From: Candidatus Woesearchaeota archaeon
GTDB lineage: Archaea > Nanobdellota > Nanobdellia > SCGC-AAA011-G17 > JAGVZY01
NCBI GenBank assembly: GCA_018302225.1
Contig: JAGVZY010000012.1
Location: forward strand, 11,191-75,190
Length of the DNA: 64,000 bases
Direction of reading: 5' to 3'
Below the pieces are notes generated by a model. The model was given only the letters and a program-made list of their open reading frames with translations. It was not told the DNA's origin and ran no database searches. Shown one piece after another: positions 1-8,661 of this stretch. Positions within the stretch are counted from its first letter, which is position 1, and each line of letters begins with the position of its first letter. The translations under genes were made by a program, and so were the position numbers.

Positions 1-463
1 TCAAGTAATTTATCAAATTTTGTTAAGTTTATATTCTTTTCTTTTGTTCCTATTATTGCAATATCTATATCTGAATGGTATTCTTCTGTTTTATTAGAAT
101 TTATATCTTCTCCTTTAGAATAACTTCCAAAGAGGATTATTGTGCTCCCTGGAAAATTGTCTCTTAAGGTTTTTATTATTTGAGATTCATAAATTATCTT
201 TAAGTTTTCGACTCTTTTTAATTCTATGGCTGTTGAATTGTCTCTATTTAATTCAATTGAGAGTAGGTTTAAATTTTCTATTTTTTTAACATTTATTAGT
301 TCTTCTTTTTTTAATCCTTTTAAGGCATTTGAAACTGCAGTGGGAGATTTTTTTAAGTGTCTGGCTATACTTCTTAAATTTAAGCTAGTTCCTGCTTTTA
401 TACATAATAATCTAAATATTTCAGATTGCAGGTTTGTCCATTTTATATGGTATGTGTCCATTA
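1..463 (-). CDS. wHTH-nucleotidyltransferase fusion (minimal NTase / MNT-like), 154 aa; not in the supplied ORF track
   Basis: Own translation of the minus strand gives MDTYHIKW...ILFGSYSKGEDINSNKTEEYHSDIDIAII...KLL*. It has the GS-x(n)-DxD minimal nucleotidyltransferase motif. The N-terminal half looks like a winged helix. It is a clear paralog of ORF 3403..3984 (ILFGSFRKGEDISTSDIDIAIE). The stop codon is at positions 1-3. Confidence 0.55.
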
Positions 464-499
464 ATAATTACACGTGTCTATATTAGTTTATAAACCTTT

Positions 500-1543
500 C
501 TATTTCTCAAAAACATAAATAAAGCTTTTTAAGTCACCAATTTGATAGTTTAATTTCTTAACTTGCTTAAAATCAGGTATTTTCAAATCTGGATTAGGAG
601 TATTAATAACTAATTTTCCTTTGTTTTTTAAGGTATTTCTTAGAGCTTCTGAAAGTTGGTTGTAGAAGTTTAAAACTTCTGGTTTTTTATTCCTTTTACA
701 AATATAAGGTGGGAATGAAACTACTGCTTCTAATTCATTATCTTTAAACATTGTTTCTATCCATTCTACTTCTCTTTTTGCTAATTCGACTTTTGCATCT
801 GCCATTGAAATGTTTATTTTTGAATTTTTTAAAGAGCCAATGTTTTCTGCAAAGCCTATAATTCTTGAGTTTGCTTTTGGTGGATTTTCTATTTTTAATT
901 TTAAGAAATTTTCATAAGCTAATTTTTTTTGATGTATAAATAATTTAGAGTTAAAATAATCTGCTTCTATTAAGATTATTCCATCTCTACAATAAGGGTC
1001 TAAGAGTATATTCTTATAATCACTTAATCTTATCATTGCATAGGCAACTATTGAGTTTAATGCACTGAAACTCATTTTTACTCTATAAAATCTTTTGTCT
1101 AGGGGAAATCCTGCAAAGTCTATTCCAAATAAATAATTATTATCTTGTATTTCAATTGCAAAAAGAGTGTGTGGATTTTCTAAGTTTACTTTTCCTTTTA
1201 TAATTGAACCAATTTCATGTTCTATTTCTTTTGAACTAAAATTATGTTTTCCTTGTCTTGTAGATTTTATTGCAAATGTTTCATATTTCCAATCTAATTT
1301 TGTTGATTTTATTTCTTTTACAATATCTTTTAATTCTTTGAATTTTCCTGTTTGTAGTAATACTCCTGTTTTTAGAAGACTTTGAGAATGATAGGTTAAT
1401 TTAGCAATATCTTCTAAAGTTTTAGTTTCAAAAGTAAGCATACCTGGATAAAGAATTTTTGATGAGATATTTAATAGTTCTTTAATCTCTTTTATACTTA
1501 TTTCTTCTAATCCTTGGATTGTTTTAGCATACGCTTTAATCAT
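500..1543 (-). CDS. THUMP-domain RNA (guanine-N2) methyltransferase-like protein (COG0116/Trm14-like) with degenerate catalytic motifs
   Basis: 347 aa. The central THUMP-like region is followed by LLDPYCRDGIILIEA (expected DPxCGSGT motif I) and VVSFPPY (expected N/DPPY motif IV). Confidence 0.5.
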   Translation of the reverse strand: MIKAYAKTIQGLEEISIKEIKELLNISSKILYPGMLTFETKTLEDIAKLTYHSQSLLKTGVLLQTGKFKELKDIVKEIKSTKLDWKYETFAIKSTRQGKHNFSSKEIEHEIGSIIKGKVNLENPHTLFAIEIQDNNYLFGIDFAGFPLDKRFYRVKMSFSALNSIVAYAMIRLSDYKNILLDPYCRDGIILIEADYFNSKLFIHQKKLAYENFLKLKIENPPKANSRIIGFAENIGSLKNSKINISMADAKVELAKREVEWIETMFKDNELEAVVSFPPYICKRNKKPEVLNFYNQLSEALRNTLKNKGKLVINTPNPDLKIPDFKQVKKLNYQIGDLKSFIYVFEK

Positions 1544-1580
1544 TTTGAGATTATTAGTTAAAAGGCTTATAAAGGTTTTC

Positions 1581-2702
1581 TTAGATTAAACTAATTACTT
1601 GATAAACAATTACTAATAAGAATACAATTAAAAGAACATAACTTAATAGGTTATAATGCTTAATTTCATATTCAGGTTTTCTTTCTGAGTGTTTTTTAGC
1701 ACTGTTATACATTAAGATAATAAGAATGCCTTCTAAACCCATTGCAAAGCTTCCCGCGATTGAAATAGTTTCTATAAAACTATTAAATCCAAGTATAAAT
1801 AGAATAAAGGGAGGTATGATTACTAATAACCAAGCTAGTTTTTTTCTGATGTTTAGATCATAATGAAATAAATCTTTCATTCCAATTGTAACTACAATAA
1901 AACTAGAGCTTAGTGCAAAGAAAATAAACAAATTTCCTAATAAAGATAAAAGTTCAGAATCTAGATTTAAAACTGCAATTTCTTTTATATTTGAACCAAA
2001 TGCGCCTATAAATGAAACTGAGAATATAATATAAATAATCATAGTTATTAACATTCCTAAAATTATAGAATTTTTAAGTTGTTTTTTATCTTTTAATTCA
2101 TTTATCATTTCTGGGACTGCTAAAGTTCCGCCATAAGAGAAAAAAGCAATACCAAAAGGAATTAAAATTTTATAAAAATTAAAATCTTTTAAATTTAAAA
2201 CATTCATTTTTGGAATTAGAATAATTGCTAGAGCTAAAATCAAACTTATCTTTAAGAATACGAATAAACTTTCATAACCTTCTGCTTTTTTAATATTGGG
2301 ATAAGTAAATATTAACATTAAAGCAAAATAAGCTGAAGCTGTAATTATTATTGGTAAGTTTAAGAGAGTTGCTAATACTTCACCCACACCAATAATATAG
2401 GCTAATAAAGCACCATAAGTTAAAATGATTAAAGAAAAAGTTAGTAAATTTTTTCCTTTGTTTCCAAGATACTTGTAAGCATAACCACTTAGTTGATGTT
2501 TGTGATAGGTTCTTAAGACAATTTCTCCCATAAAGAGATTTACTATTAAGAAAATTAAACCTGCAAGTATAATTGCTAAAAGGCCAGTTGATAAGCCAAC
2601 CTTGTTAATAATATAAGGTAATCCAAGAACACCAGCACCAATAGTCATACCTATAAGTGTTGAAGAAGCAAATAAGGTTCTTTTAAGGCTGTCTGTAAAC
2701 AT
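1581..2702 (-). CDS. amino acid/polyamine transporter-family polytopic membrane protein
   Basis: 373 aa with about 11 hydrophobic helices. The N-terminal region is typical of amino acid permeases (GAGVLGLPY). Confidence 0.5.
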   Translation of the reverse strand: MFTDSLKRTLFASSTLIGMTIGAGVLGLPYIINKVGLSTGLLAIILAGLIFLIVNLFMGEIVLRTYHKHQLSGYAYKYLGNKGKNLLTFSLIILTYGALLAYIIGVGEVLATLLNLPIIITASAYFALMLIFTYPNIKKAEGYESLFVFLKISLILALAIILIPKMNVLNLKDFNFYKILIPFGIAFFSYGGTLAVPEMINELKDKKQLKNSIILGMLITMIIYIIFSVSFIGAFGSNIKEIAVLNLDSELLSLLGNLFIFFALSSSFIVVTIGMKDLFHYDLNIRKKLAWLLVIIPPFILFILGFNSFIETISIAGSFAMGLEGILIILMYNSAKKHSERKPEYEIKHYNLLSYVLLIVFLLVIVYQVISLI

Positions 2703-2753
2703 ATTTAGAGTTAATACGGCAGGTTTTATAAACTCTTTTTTATTTTTAATACT

Positions 2754-3355
2754 ATGACTCTTAATTTATTAATGGCAGATATAAAAAAGGTCGCAGATCC
2801 TAAGAAAGCAAAGATTTTAATGCGATTCTTTAAAACTGGAAAAGGTGAATATGGTGAAGGAGATGTTTTTTGGGGTATAGTTGTTCCAAAACAAAGGATA
2901 ATTGCTAAAAAACATAGAGCGATAAGTTTAGAAGAGTGTTTAAGTTTATTAAAATCTAGAATTCATGAGTGTAGATTAACTGCTTTGTTTATTTTAATTG
3001 ATAAGTATAAAAAAGGAAGTTTTGAAATTAAAGAAAGAATATTTCAAGAGTATCTAAAAAATACTGAATATATTAATAATTGGGATTTAGTTGATTTATC
3101 TGCTCCAAATATAATTGGAGACTATCTTTATGATAAAGATAAATCTATTTTATCTAAATTTGTTAAATCTAAAAGTTTGTGGGTTTAATACATAAAGCTG
3201 TTGGGTGGATGTTAAGAGAGATTGGAAAGAGAAATTTAAAAGTTGAAGAGGATTTCTTAAGGAGGTATTATAGAGTAATGCCAAGAACAATGTTAAGGTA
3301 TGCTATTGAAAAGTTTTCAGAAGAGAAAAGGAAGTTTTATTTGAAAAAATCGTAA
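2754..3355 (+). pseudogene. DNA alkylation repair enzyme (AlkD-like HEAT-repeat glycosylase family) pseudogene: N-terminal 144 aa in frame 0, C-terminal fragment in frame +2
   Basis: ORF 2754..3188 carries FFKTGKGEYGEGDVFWGIVVP, the family's N-terminal signature. Immediately after its stop, frame 2 (3191..3355) encodes [14 protein letters not shown]...[13 protein letters not shown]...YLKKS*, which is the family's C-terminal signature. About 40 aa between the two fragments are missing. Confidence 0.6.
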
Positions 3356-3402
3356 AAAAGCAAAAGATTTAAATAGTTCTATTATATAACATATGTTCTA
3401 TA

Positions 3403-3984
3403 ATGAAACCATTAATTCAAAAGAAGTACCTAAAGTTATATGAAGAAAATGCTATAACTAGGGTATATAACCTCTTATTTAAGTATCCTGAGAAAGAGTT
3501 TAGTCTTAGCGATATTGCTAGAGAAGCGGGTGTTGCAAAAGCTAATTTAGGCAAGATATTAGATGAATTATTTAAACTAGAAATTATTACTATTGAAAAA
3601 TTAAGTAAGATTTGGAGAGTAAAAGCAAATTTACAAAACTGGAATTATATTAAAAACAAAATTGTTTATAACTTAAATTTTATTTATAACAGTGGTTTAG
3701 TTGAGTTTCTTGGAGCCCATTTTAATAATCCCAAATCAATTATTTTATTTGGTAGTTTTAGAAAAGGAGAGGATATTTCTACTTCAGATATTGATATTGC
3801 TATAGAAACTGAAGATACAGAATATAATACTATAAATCTAAAAGAATTGTCTGTTTTTGAAGAATATATTCATAGAAATATACAAATTCATTTGTTTAAC
3901 AGAGAAAATATAAATTCTAACCTATTTAGCAATTTAGTTAATGGTATTATATTATATGGATTTTTAGAGGTGAATAATGAATAA
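3403..3984 (+). CDS. wHTH-nucleotidyltransferase fusion (MNT-like)
   Basis: 193 aa. The N-terminal part is helix-turn-helix-like. The C-terminal half has ILFGSFRKGEDISTSDIDIAIE (GS...DxD NTase motif). Confidence 0.6.
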   Translation: MKPLIQKKYLKLYEENAITRVYNLLFKYPEKEFSLSDIAREAGVAKANLGKILDELFKLEIITIEKLSKIWRVKANLQNWNYIKNKIVYNLNFIYNSGLVEFLGAHFNNPKSIILFGSFRKGEDISTSDIDIAIETEDTEYNTINLKELSVFEEYIHRNIQIHLFNRENINSNLFSNLVNGIILYGFLEVNNE

Positions 3985-4414
3985 AGAGTTTCTTTCTATT
4001 TGGTTGAAAGCAGGTATTTTAAGAAAGAAACAAAGTGATTTTGAAAAAATAAAATCTTTAATTAATTCTGCAGAAATGAATATGGCTGTTGTTAAATGTA
4101 TCTCAATTACTGATGAATCGGCTACTTTAATATTTAGGGAAACTTATGAGTCAATAAGACAACTTGGAGAAGTTAAATGGGGACTTTTAAATTATGAACC
4201 TTCAAATCATGAAATAAGTTTGGAGAGTCTAAAAGATTTAGATATCAAGGAAAAAATCAAATTAAATTCCCTTGATAGATTCAAGAGAATAAGGCATGAT
4301 ATTAATTATAGAGGATTTAGGGCTAGTTTGGGACAAGCAGAAGAAATATTAAACTTTTGGAATAATTGTGGAGAGGAGATTATTAAAAATTTAAAAAAGG
4401 AAATCGAAAAATAA
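3977..4414 (+). CDS. HEPN-domain protein, partner of the upstream nucleotidyltransferase
   Basis: 145 aa. It overlaps the upstream gene by 8 nt. It has an R-x5-H motif (RFKRIRHDINYRG) in the position expected for HEPN. Confidence 0.5.
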   Translation: MNKEFLSIWLKAGILRKKQSDFEKIKSLINSAEMNMAVVKCISITDESATLIFRETYESIRQLGEVKWGLLNYEPSNHEISLESLKDLDIKEKIKLNSLDRFKRIRHDINYRGFRASLGQAEEILNFWNNCGEEIIKNLKKEIEK

Positions 4415-4516
4415 TTAAATCTTATTTCTAGAACGTGTTGGTCCGCCGTGTTTGTAGAATTTAAATTTCTTTTTAAGACTCTTGCTTGATCTTTGAGTTG
4501 GAGTTGCGTATTCCAT
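4415..4516 (-). CDS. possible 33-aa basic micro-protein (MEYATPTQRSSKSLKKKFKFYKHGGPTRSRNKI)
   Basis: Own translation of the 155-nt gap between the HEPN gene and trxB. It is highly basic. No family was recognised. Confidence 0.15.
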   Translation of the reverse strand: MEYATPTQRSSKSLKKKFKFYKHGGPTRSRNKI

Positions 4517-4568
4517 ATTATTTAGAATATATGCAAATATTTAAAAGCTTTCATATTTTAATAGTAGT

Positions 4569-5462
4569 ATGACTTATGATATAATTGTTATTGGGGGAGG
4601 ACCTGCAGGTGTAAGTTGTAGTATTTATACTTCTAGATATAAATTAAAGACTTTAATGTTGTATGAACCTGGTGGTGGAACGTTAGTAACCGCACCATGG
4701 ATTCATAATTATGCGGGTGTTAAGGAAATTTCTGGGGTGGAGTTACAGCAAGATTTTCTTAAACAAGCTAAAAAATCTGGAGTTGAAATAAAAGAAGAAG
4801 TTGTAGAGAAAATTGAAAAAACTAAAATTGGTTTTAAAGTTTATTGTGCTGAGAAGTTTTATGAAAGTAAATCTTTAGTTATTGCTACAGGTGTAAGGCA
4901 TAAACAATTAGGATTAAAAGACGAAGAAAAGTTCTTAGGAAAAGGAGTAAGTTATTGTTTCTTGTGTGATGGTGCTATGTTCTCTAAAAAAGAAGTTGCT
5001 GTTGTTGGTGGAGCAAATTCTGCAGTTGCTGCAGCATTAAATCTATCTGAACTTACAAAAAAAGTTTATCTGATTTATAGAGGGGATAAATTAAAAGGAG
5101 AAGGTATAGAAGTTGATAAGTTGTTAAAAAGAAAGAAGGTTGAAATTATTTATAATTCTAATATTCAAAAGTTAAAAGGAAATAACTTTTTGGAATCTGT
5201 TGTTTTAGATAGTGGAAAAGAAATTAAAGTTAAGGGTTTGTTTATAGAAGTTGGTTTTGTTCCTGTCAGTTCATTATTAAATAATTTAAAAGTTAAAACT
5301 GAAAAAGGTTTTATTAAAGTTGATGATGAACAAAAAACAAATATTAAAGGAATATTTGCTGCAGGCGATATAACTAGTAAATCTAAAGTTAAACAAGTTT
5401 CTGTTGCAGTTGGTGAAGGTGCTGTTGCAGGTGTTTCTGCATATAATTATTTAAAAAAGTAG
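4569..5462 (+). CDS. trxB: thioredoxin reductase-like FAD/NAD(P) oxidoreductase
   Basis: It has an FAD-binding N-terminus (IIVIGGGPAG), a redox CxxC (CFLCDG), and a second Rossmann motif (VAVVGGANSA). Confidence 0.8.
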   Translation: MTYDIIVIGGGPAGVSCSIYTSRYKLKTLMLYEPGGGTLVTAPWIHNYAGVKEISGVELQQDFLKQAKKSGVEIKEEVVEKIEKTKIGFKVYCAEKFYESKSLVIATGVRHKQLGLKDEEKFLGKGVSYCFLCDGAMFSKKEVAVVGGANSAVAAALNLSELTKKVYLIYRGDKLKGEGIEVDKLLKRKKVEIIYNSNIQKLKGNNFLESVVLDSGKEIKVKGLFIEVGFVPVSSLLNNLKVKTEKGFIKVDDEQKTNIKGIFAAGDITSKSKVKQVSVAVGEGAVAGVSAYNYLKK

Positions 5463-5497
5463 TAAATGTTATAAATGTAAGATATTTAGATAATAAT

Positions 5498-6433
5498 ATG
5501 AGAAGGGGGTCGTATAAAGATATGGAAAGAGAGCATATAAATGCTATTAAATCTCATCTTAAAAATAGATTTAAAGTTGAGCAATCTAAGCATGTTGAAG
5601 ATGTTCATGTTCATCTTGGAAAAAAGATTTCTGTTCATAGGCCCGAAGGAAGTTTACAATTATTAACTAAAAAAGAAGCTGGTGAAGATATTTCTATAAA
5701 ACATAAATTAAGAAAAGGTTTGGGAGATTTAAGTGCAAATTTTAGTGTTAGATTAGCTACAGGAATAATGGGTTTAGATCCAATAATCTCTGGTGGTTTT
5801 AGAAAAGATTCTATGAATTTGGTTATAGGTGGTCCCGGTTCTGGAAAAAGTATATTTGCTATGCAATTTTTAGTTACAGGGATTGAAGAGTATGATGAAG
5901 CGGGAGTTTATATTTCATTTGAAGAAACTGGAGAAGAGATTTTACAAAATATGGATTGTTTTGGTTGGAAGTTAAAAGAAAAAATAGAAAGTAATAAATT
6001 AGCAATCTTAGCTTATACACCTGCTCAAATTGAAAAGATTTTATTAGAAGGGGGAGGTATTTTAGAATCTGTAATTAAAGAGATTAATCCTAAGAGAATC
6101 GTGTTCGATTCTTTGAGTGCATTTAGTATGTTACATAGGGAAGGATTAGCACAAAGAGCGGCTTGTATGTCTTTGTTTCAAAATATAAAAAGATGGGATT
6201 GTACAGCTTTGTTTGTTGCTGAGCATGAAACTGATCCTGATGAGCATGATCCTTTAACTGAAGAATTTGAAGTTGATAGTGTGATTTTATTGTATAGTAT
6301 TAGAAAGGGAAATATAAGAACAAGAGCATTAGAAGTTTTAAAAATGAGATCTACTAATTATCCTTTACAAATATTTCCAATGACAATTGATAATGAAGGT
6401 CTAAGTGTGCATAGAGATAAGTTAGTGTTTTAA
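5498..6433 (+). CDS. KaiC/RadA-like RecA-superfamily ATPase (single KaiC domain)
   Basis: It has TGIMGLDPIISGG followed by Walker A GGPGSGKS and a KaiC-like core. About 90 aa N-terminal extension may reflect an over-called start. Confidence 0.7.
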   Translation: MRRGSYKDMEREHINAIKSHLKNRFKVEQSKHVEDVHVHLGKKISVHRPEGSLQLLTKKEAGEDISIKHKLRKGLGDLSANFSVRLATGIMGLDPIISGGFRKDSMNLVIGGPGSGKSIFAMQFLVTGIEEYDEAGVYISFEETGEEILQNMDCFGWKLKEKIESNKLAILAYTPAQIEKILLEGGGILESVIKEINPKRIVFDSLSAFSMLHREGLAQRAACMSLFQNIKRWDCTALFVAEHETDPDEHDPLTEEFEVDSVILLYSIRKGNIRTRALEVLKMRSTNYPLQIFPMTIDNEGLSVHRDKLVF

Positions 6434-6792
6434 ATTTCATTATATTTTTTGTTTGAACCTTTGAATTTTTCTATAGGATATTTTTTCTTAGATATTTCTA
6501 TTTTTTTATTAAATTCGTCAGATAAGTCAATATTATATTTTTGTGCAAGTCTTACTAAGTAAGTTAGTATATCTGCTATTTCGTTGCAAATATCTTCTTT
6601 CTTTTTTGAATTATTAAACATTAATTCTATTTCTTTTTCTGATTTAAATCTAAAATGTTCTAAAAGTTCTCCTGCCTCTATACTTATTGCAATAGCTAGA
6701 TCTTTTGCACCATGAAATTGAGTCCAGTCGCGTTCTTCAGAGAAAACTTTCATTTTCTCTTTTAATTCTTTAATTGTGGTTTTTGAGTCCAT
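6430..6792 (-). CDS. MazG-like nucleotide pyrophosphohydrolase
   Basis: 120 aa with the EAGELLE core helix typical of the MazG/NTP-PPase all-alpha family. Confidence 0.55.
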   Translation of the reverse strand: MDSKTTIKELKEKMKVFSEERDWTQFHGAKDLAIAISIEAGELLEHFRFKSEKEIELMFNNSKKKEDICNEIADILTYLVRLAQKYNIDLSDEFNKKIEISKKKYPIEKFKGSNKKYNEI

Positions 6793-6793
6793 A

Positions 6794-6867
6794 TGGGCCT
6801 AAGAGGATTTGAACCCCTATATCTTGGTCCGAAGCCAAGTATGCTATCCAGGTTACATCATAGGCCC
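6794..6867 (-). tRNA. tRNA-Arg (anticodon UCG)
   Basis: Hand-folded cloverleaf: acceptor stem GGGCCUA/UAGGCCC; D stem AUGU/GCAU with a GG loop; anticodon stem CUUGG/CCAAG with loop CUUCGGA; T stem AGGGG/CCUCU with loop UUCAAAU; discriminator A. No encoded CCA. Confidence 0.8.
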
Positions 6868-6941
6868 AAATTGTTTTAAAATGCTGAGATTTCTTAAATC
6901 TTACCATAATCTTTATAAAAAAGCGATATTTTGAGAATGAT

Positions 6942-8399
6942 ATGCAAAAAGAGCAAGGCCAAAAGAATAAAAAAGAAGATAATTTGGGGATTACAGTAAA
7001 AAAATCTGAAGATTTTTCTGAGTGGTTTACACAGGTTGTTGTTAAATCAGAGTTAGCAGATTATAGTGCTGTTTCTGGATGTATGGTTTTGAGACCATTA
7101 GGTTATGAGTTATGGGAAAAAATTGTAAAATTAACTGATGAAAGAATAAAAAAATTAGGTGTAAAAAATTGTTATTTTCCTTTGTTTATTCCTGAAAGTT
7201 TATTACAAAAAGAAAAAGAACATGTTGAAGGATTTTCACCTGAAGTTGCATGGGTAACTCACGCAGGAGATACTAAATTAAATGAAAGATTAGCAATAAG
7301 ACCAACTTCAGAAGTTATAATGTATGATTCATATTCAAAATGGATAAGATCTTGGAGAGATTTACCTTTAAAATTAAATCAGTGGAATAATGTTGTAAGG
7401 TGGGAATTTAAACATCCTACTTTACTTTTGAGAACAAGAGAATTTTGGTGGAATGAAGGACATACTGCATTTGCTACTTTAGAAGAAGCAGATGAAGAAA
7501 TAAAACAAATAATGGAAATTTGGAGAGAGATTCTTAATGATTATTTAGCTTTATTTAGTGTTGCTGGAAAAAAATCTGAAAAAGAAAAGTTTGCTGGAGC
7601 ATTAGCAACTTATGCACATGAATGTTTTTTAAATGGAAGATTTGCACAAGGTCCAGATGCACATTCCGATGGGCAGAATTTTGCAAAAGCTTATAATATT
7701 AAATTTTTAGACAAAGAAGGTGCTGAGGAATATGTTTATCAAAATACTTGGGCAATTACAACAAGAATGTTAGGAGTTTTAGTTGGTGTCCATGGTGATG
7801 ATAAAGGTTTAGTTTTACCTCCAAAGATGGCTACAAATAAAGTTGTTATAGTTCCCATATTATTTAAAGATACCAAAGATAAGGTTTTGAGAAAAGCAAA
7901 AGAATTAGTTCATGAATTAAGTGCTTTTGATGCTTTATTAGATAAAAGAGAAGAGTATAGTACGGGATATAAGTTTAATTATTGGGAATTAAAAGGAATT
8001 CCATTAAGAATTGAGATAGGTCCAAAAGATATAGAAAATTCACAAGTTGTTGTTGTAAGAAGAGATAATTTTCATAAAGAAGTTGTTAAATTTATAGATT
8101 TGAAAAGAAGAATTAATATTATTTTAGATGAGATGCAGAAAGAGATGCATCATAAGTCTAAGAAATTGTTTGAAGATGGAGTTGTTAAAGTTAAAACCTT
8201 TAAAGATTTTAAAGATGCAATTAAAAATAAAAAAGGTGTAATTGCTCCATTCTGTAATGAACCTAAATGTGAAGATTTTATTAAAGATGAATCTGGTGGA
8301 GCAAGTTCAAGAGTAATGATTTCTGAGCATTCTTCTGAGAAGTGTATTAAGTGTGGGAAATCTGCTAAGTGTATAATGTATTTTGGAAAAAGTTATTAA
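6942..8399 (+). CDS. proS: prolyl-tRNA synthetase, archaeal/eukaryal type
   Basis: 485 aa class II synthetase with a C-terminal zinc-binding tail ending ...CIKCGKSAKCIMYFGKSY. Confidence 0.9.
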   Translation: MQKEQGQKNKKEDNLGITVKKSEDFSEWFTQVVVKSELADYSAVSGCMVLRPLGYELWEKIVKLTDERIKKLGVKNCYFPLFIPESLLQKEKEHVEGFSPEVAWVTHAGDTKLNERLAIRPTSEVIMYDSYSKWIRSWRDLPLKLNQWNNVVRWEFKHPTLLLRTREFWWNEGHTAFATLEEADEEIKQIMEIWREILNDYLALFSVAGKKSEKEKFAGALATYAHECFLNGRFAQGPDAHSDGQNFAKAYNIKFLDKEGAEEYVYQNTWAITTRMLGVLVGVHGDDKGLVLPPKMATNKVVIVPILFKDTKDKVLRKAKELVHELSAFDALLDKREEYSTGYKFNYWELKGIPLRIEIGPKDIENSQVVVVRRDNFHKEVVKFIDLKRRINIILDEMQKEMHHKSKKLFEDGVVKVKTFKDFKDAIKNKKGVIAPFCNEPKCEDFIKDESGGASSRVMISEHSSEKCIKCGKSAKCIMYFGKSY

Positions 8400-8622
8400 A
8401 ATTCTCGGCTAGTTTACCTACACTTTTTGTGTGTGGTGATTTTAGAATGGTTTCAATAGTCTCCCAGGCAATTGGTTTGTCGGTAGTTAATATAACTGAA
8501 AGTTGATCTTGGCTTATTTCTGTTTTAAGTGGGTTATATCCTTGTTTTTCTATGTAATTTAACATAGGCTTAATCTTAGTATGACTTTGAGATATTGAAA
8601 AACATAGTTTATAGTTAGTCAT
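8365..8622 (-). CDS. hypothetical protein (85 aa)
   Basis: ORF only. It is convergent with proS and overlaps it by 35 nt. Confidence 0.3.
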   Translation of the reverse strand: MTNYKLCFSISQSHTKIKPMLNYIEKQGYNPLKTEISQDQLSVILTTDKPIAWETIETILKSPHTKSVGKLAENFNNFFQNTLYT

Positions 8623-8661
8623 AAGTATATGTTAACCCTTAACTTTTTAAATATAATCTTT

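Noticed and set aside
226-486. Track ORF on the + strand (86 aa)
   Set aside because: Low-complexity translation. It overlaps the minus-strand wHTH-NTase gene, which has clear motif content.
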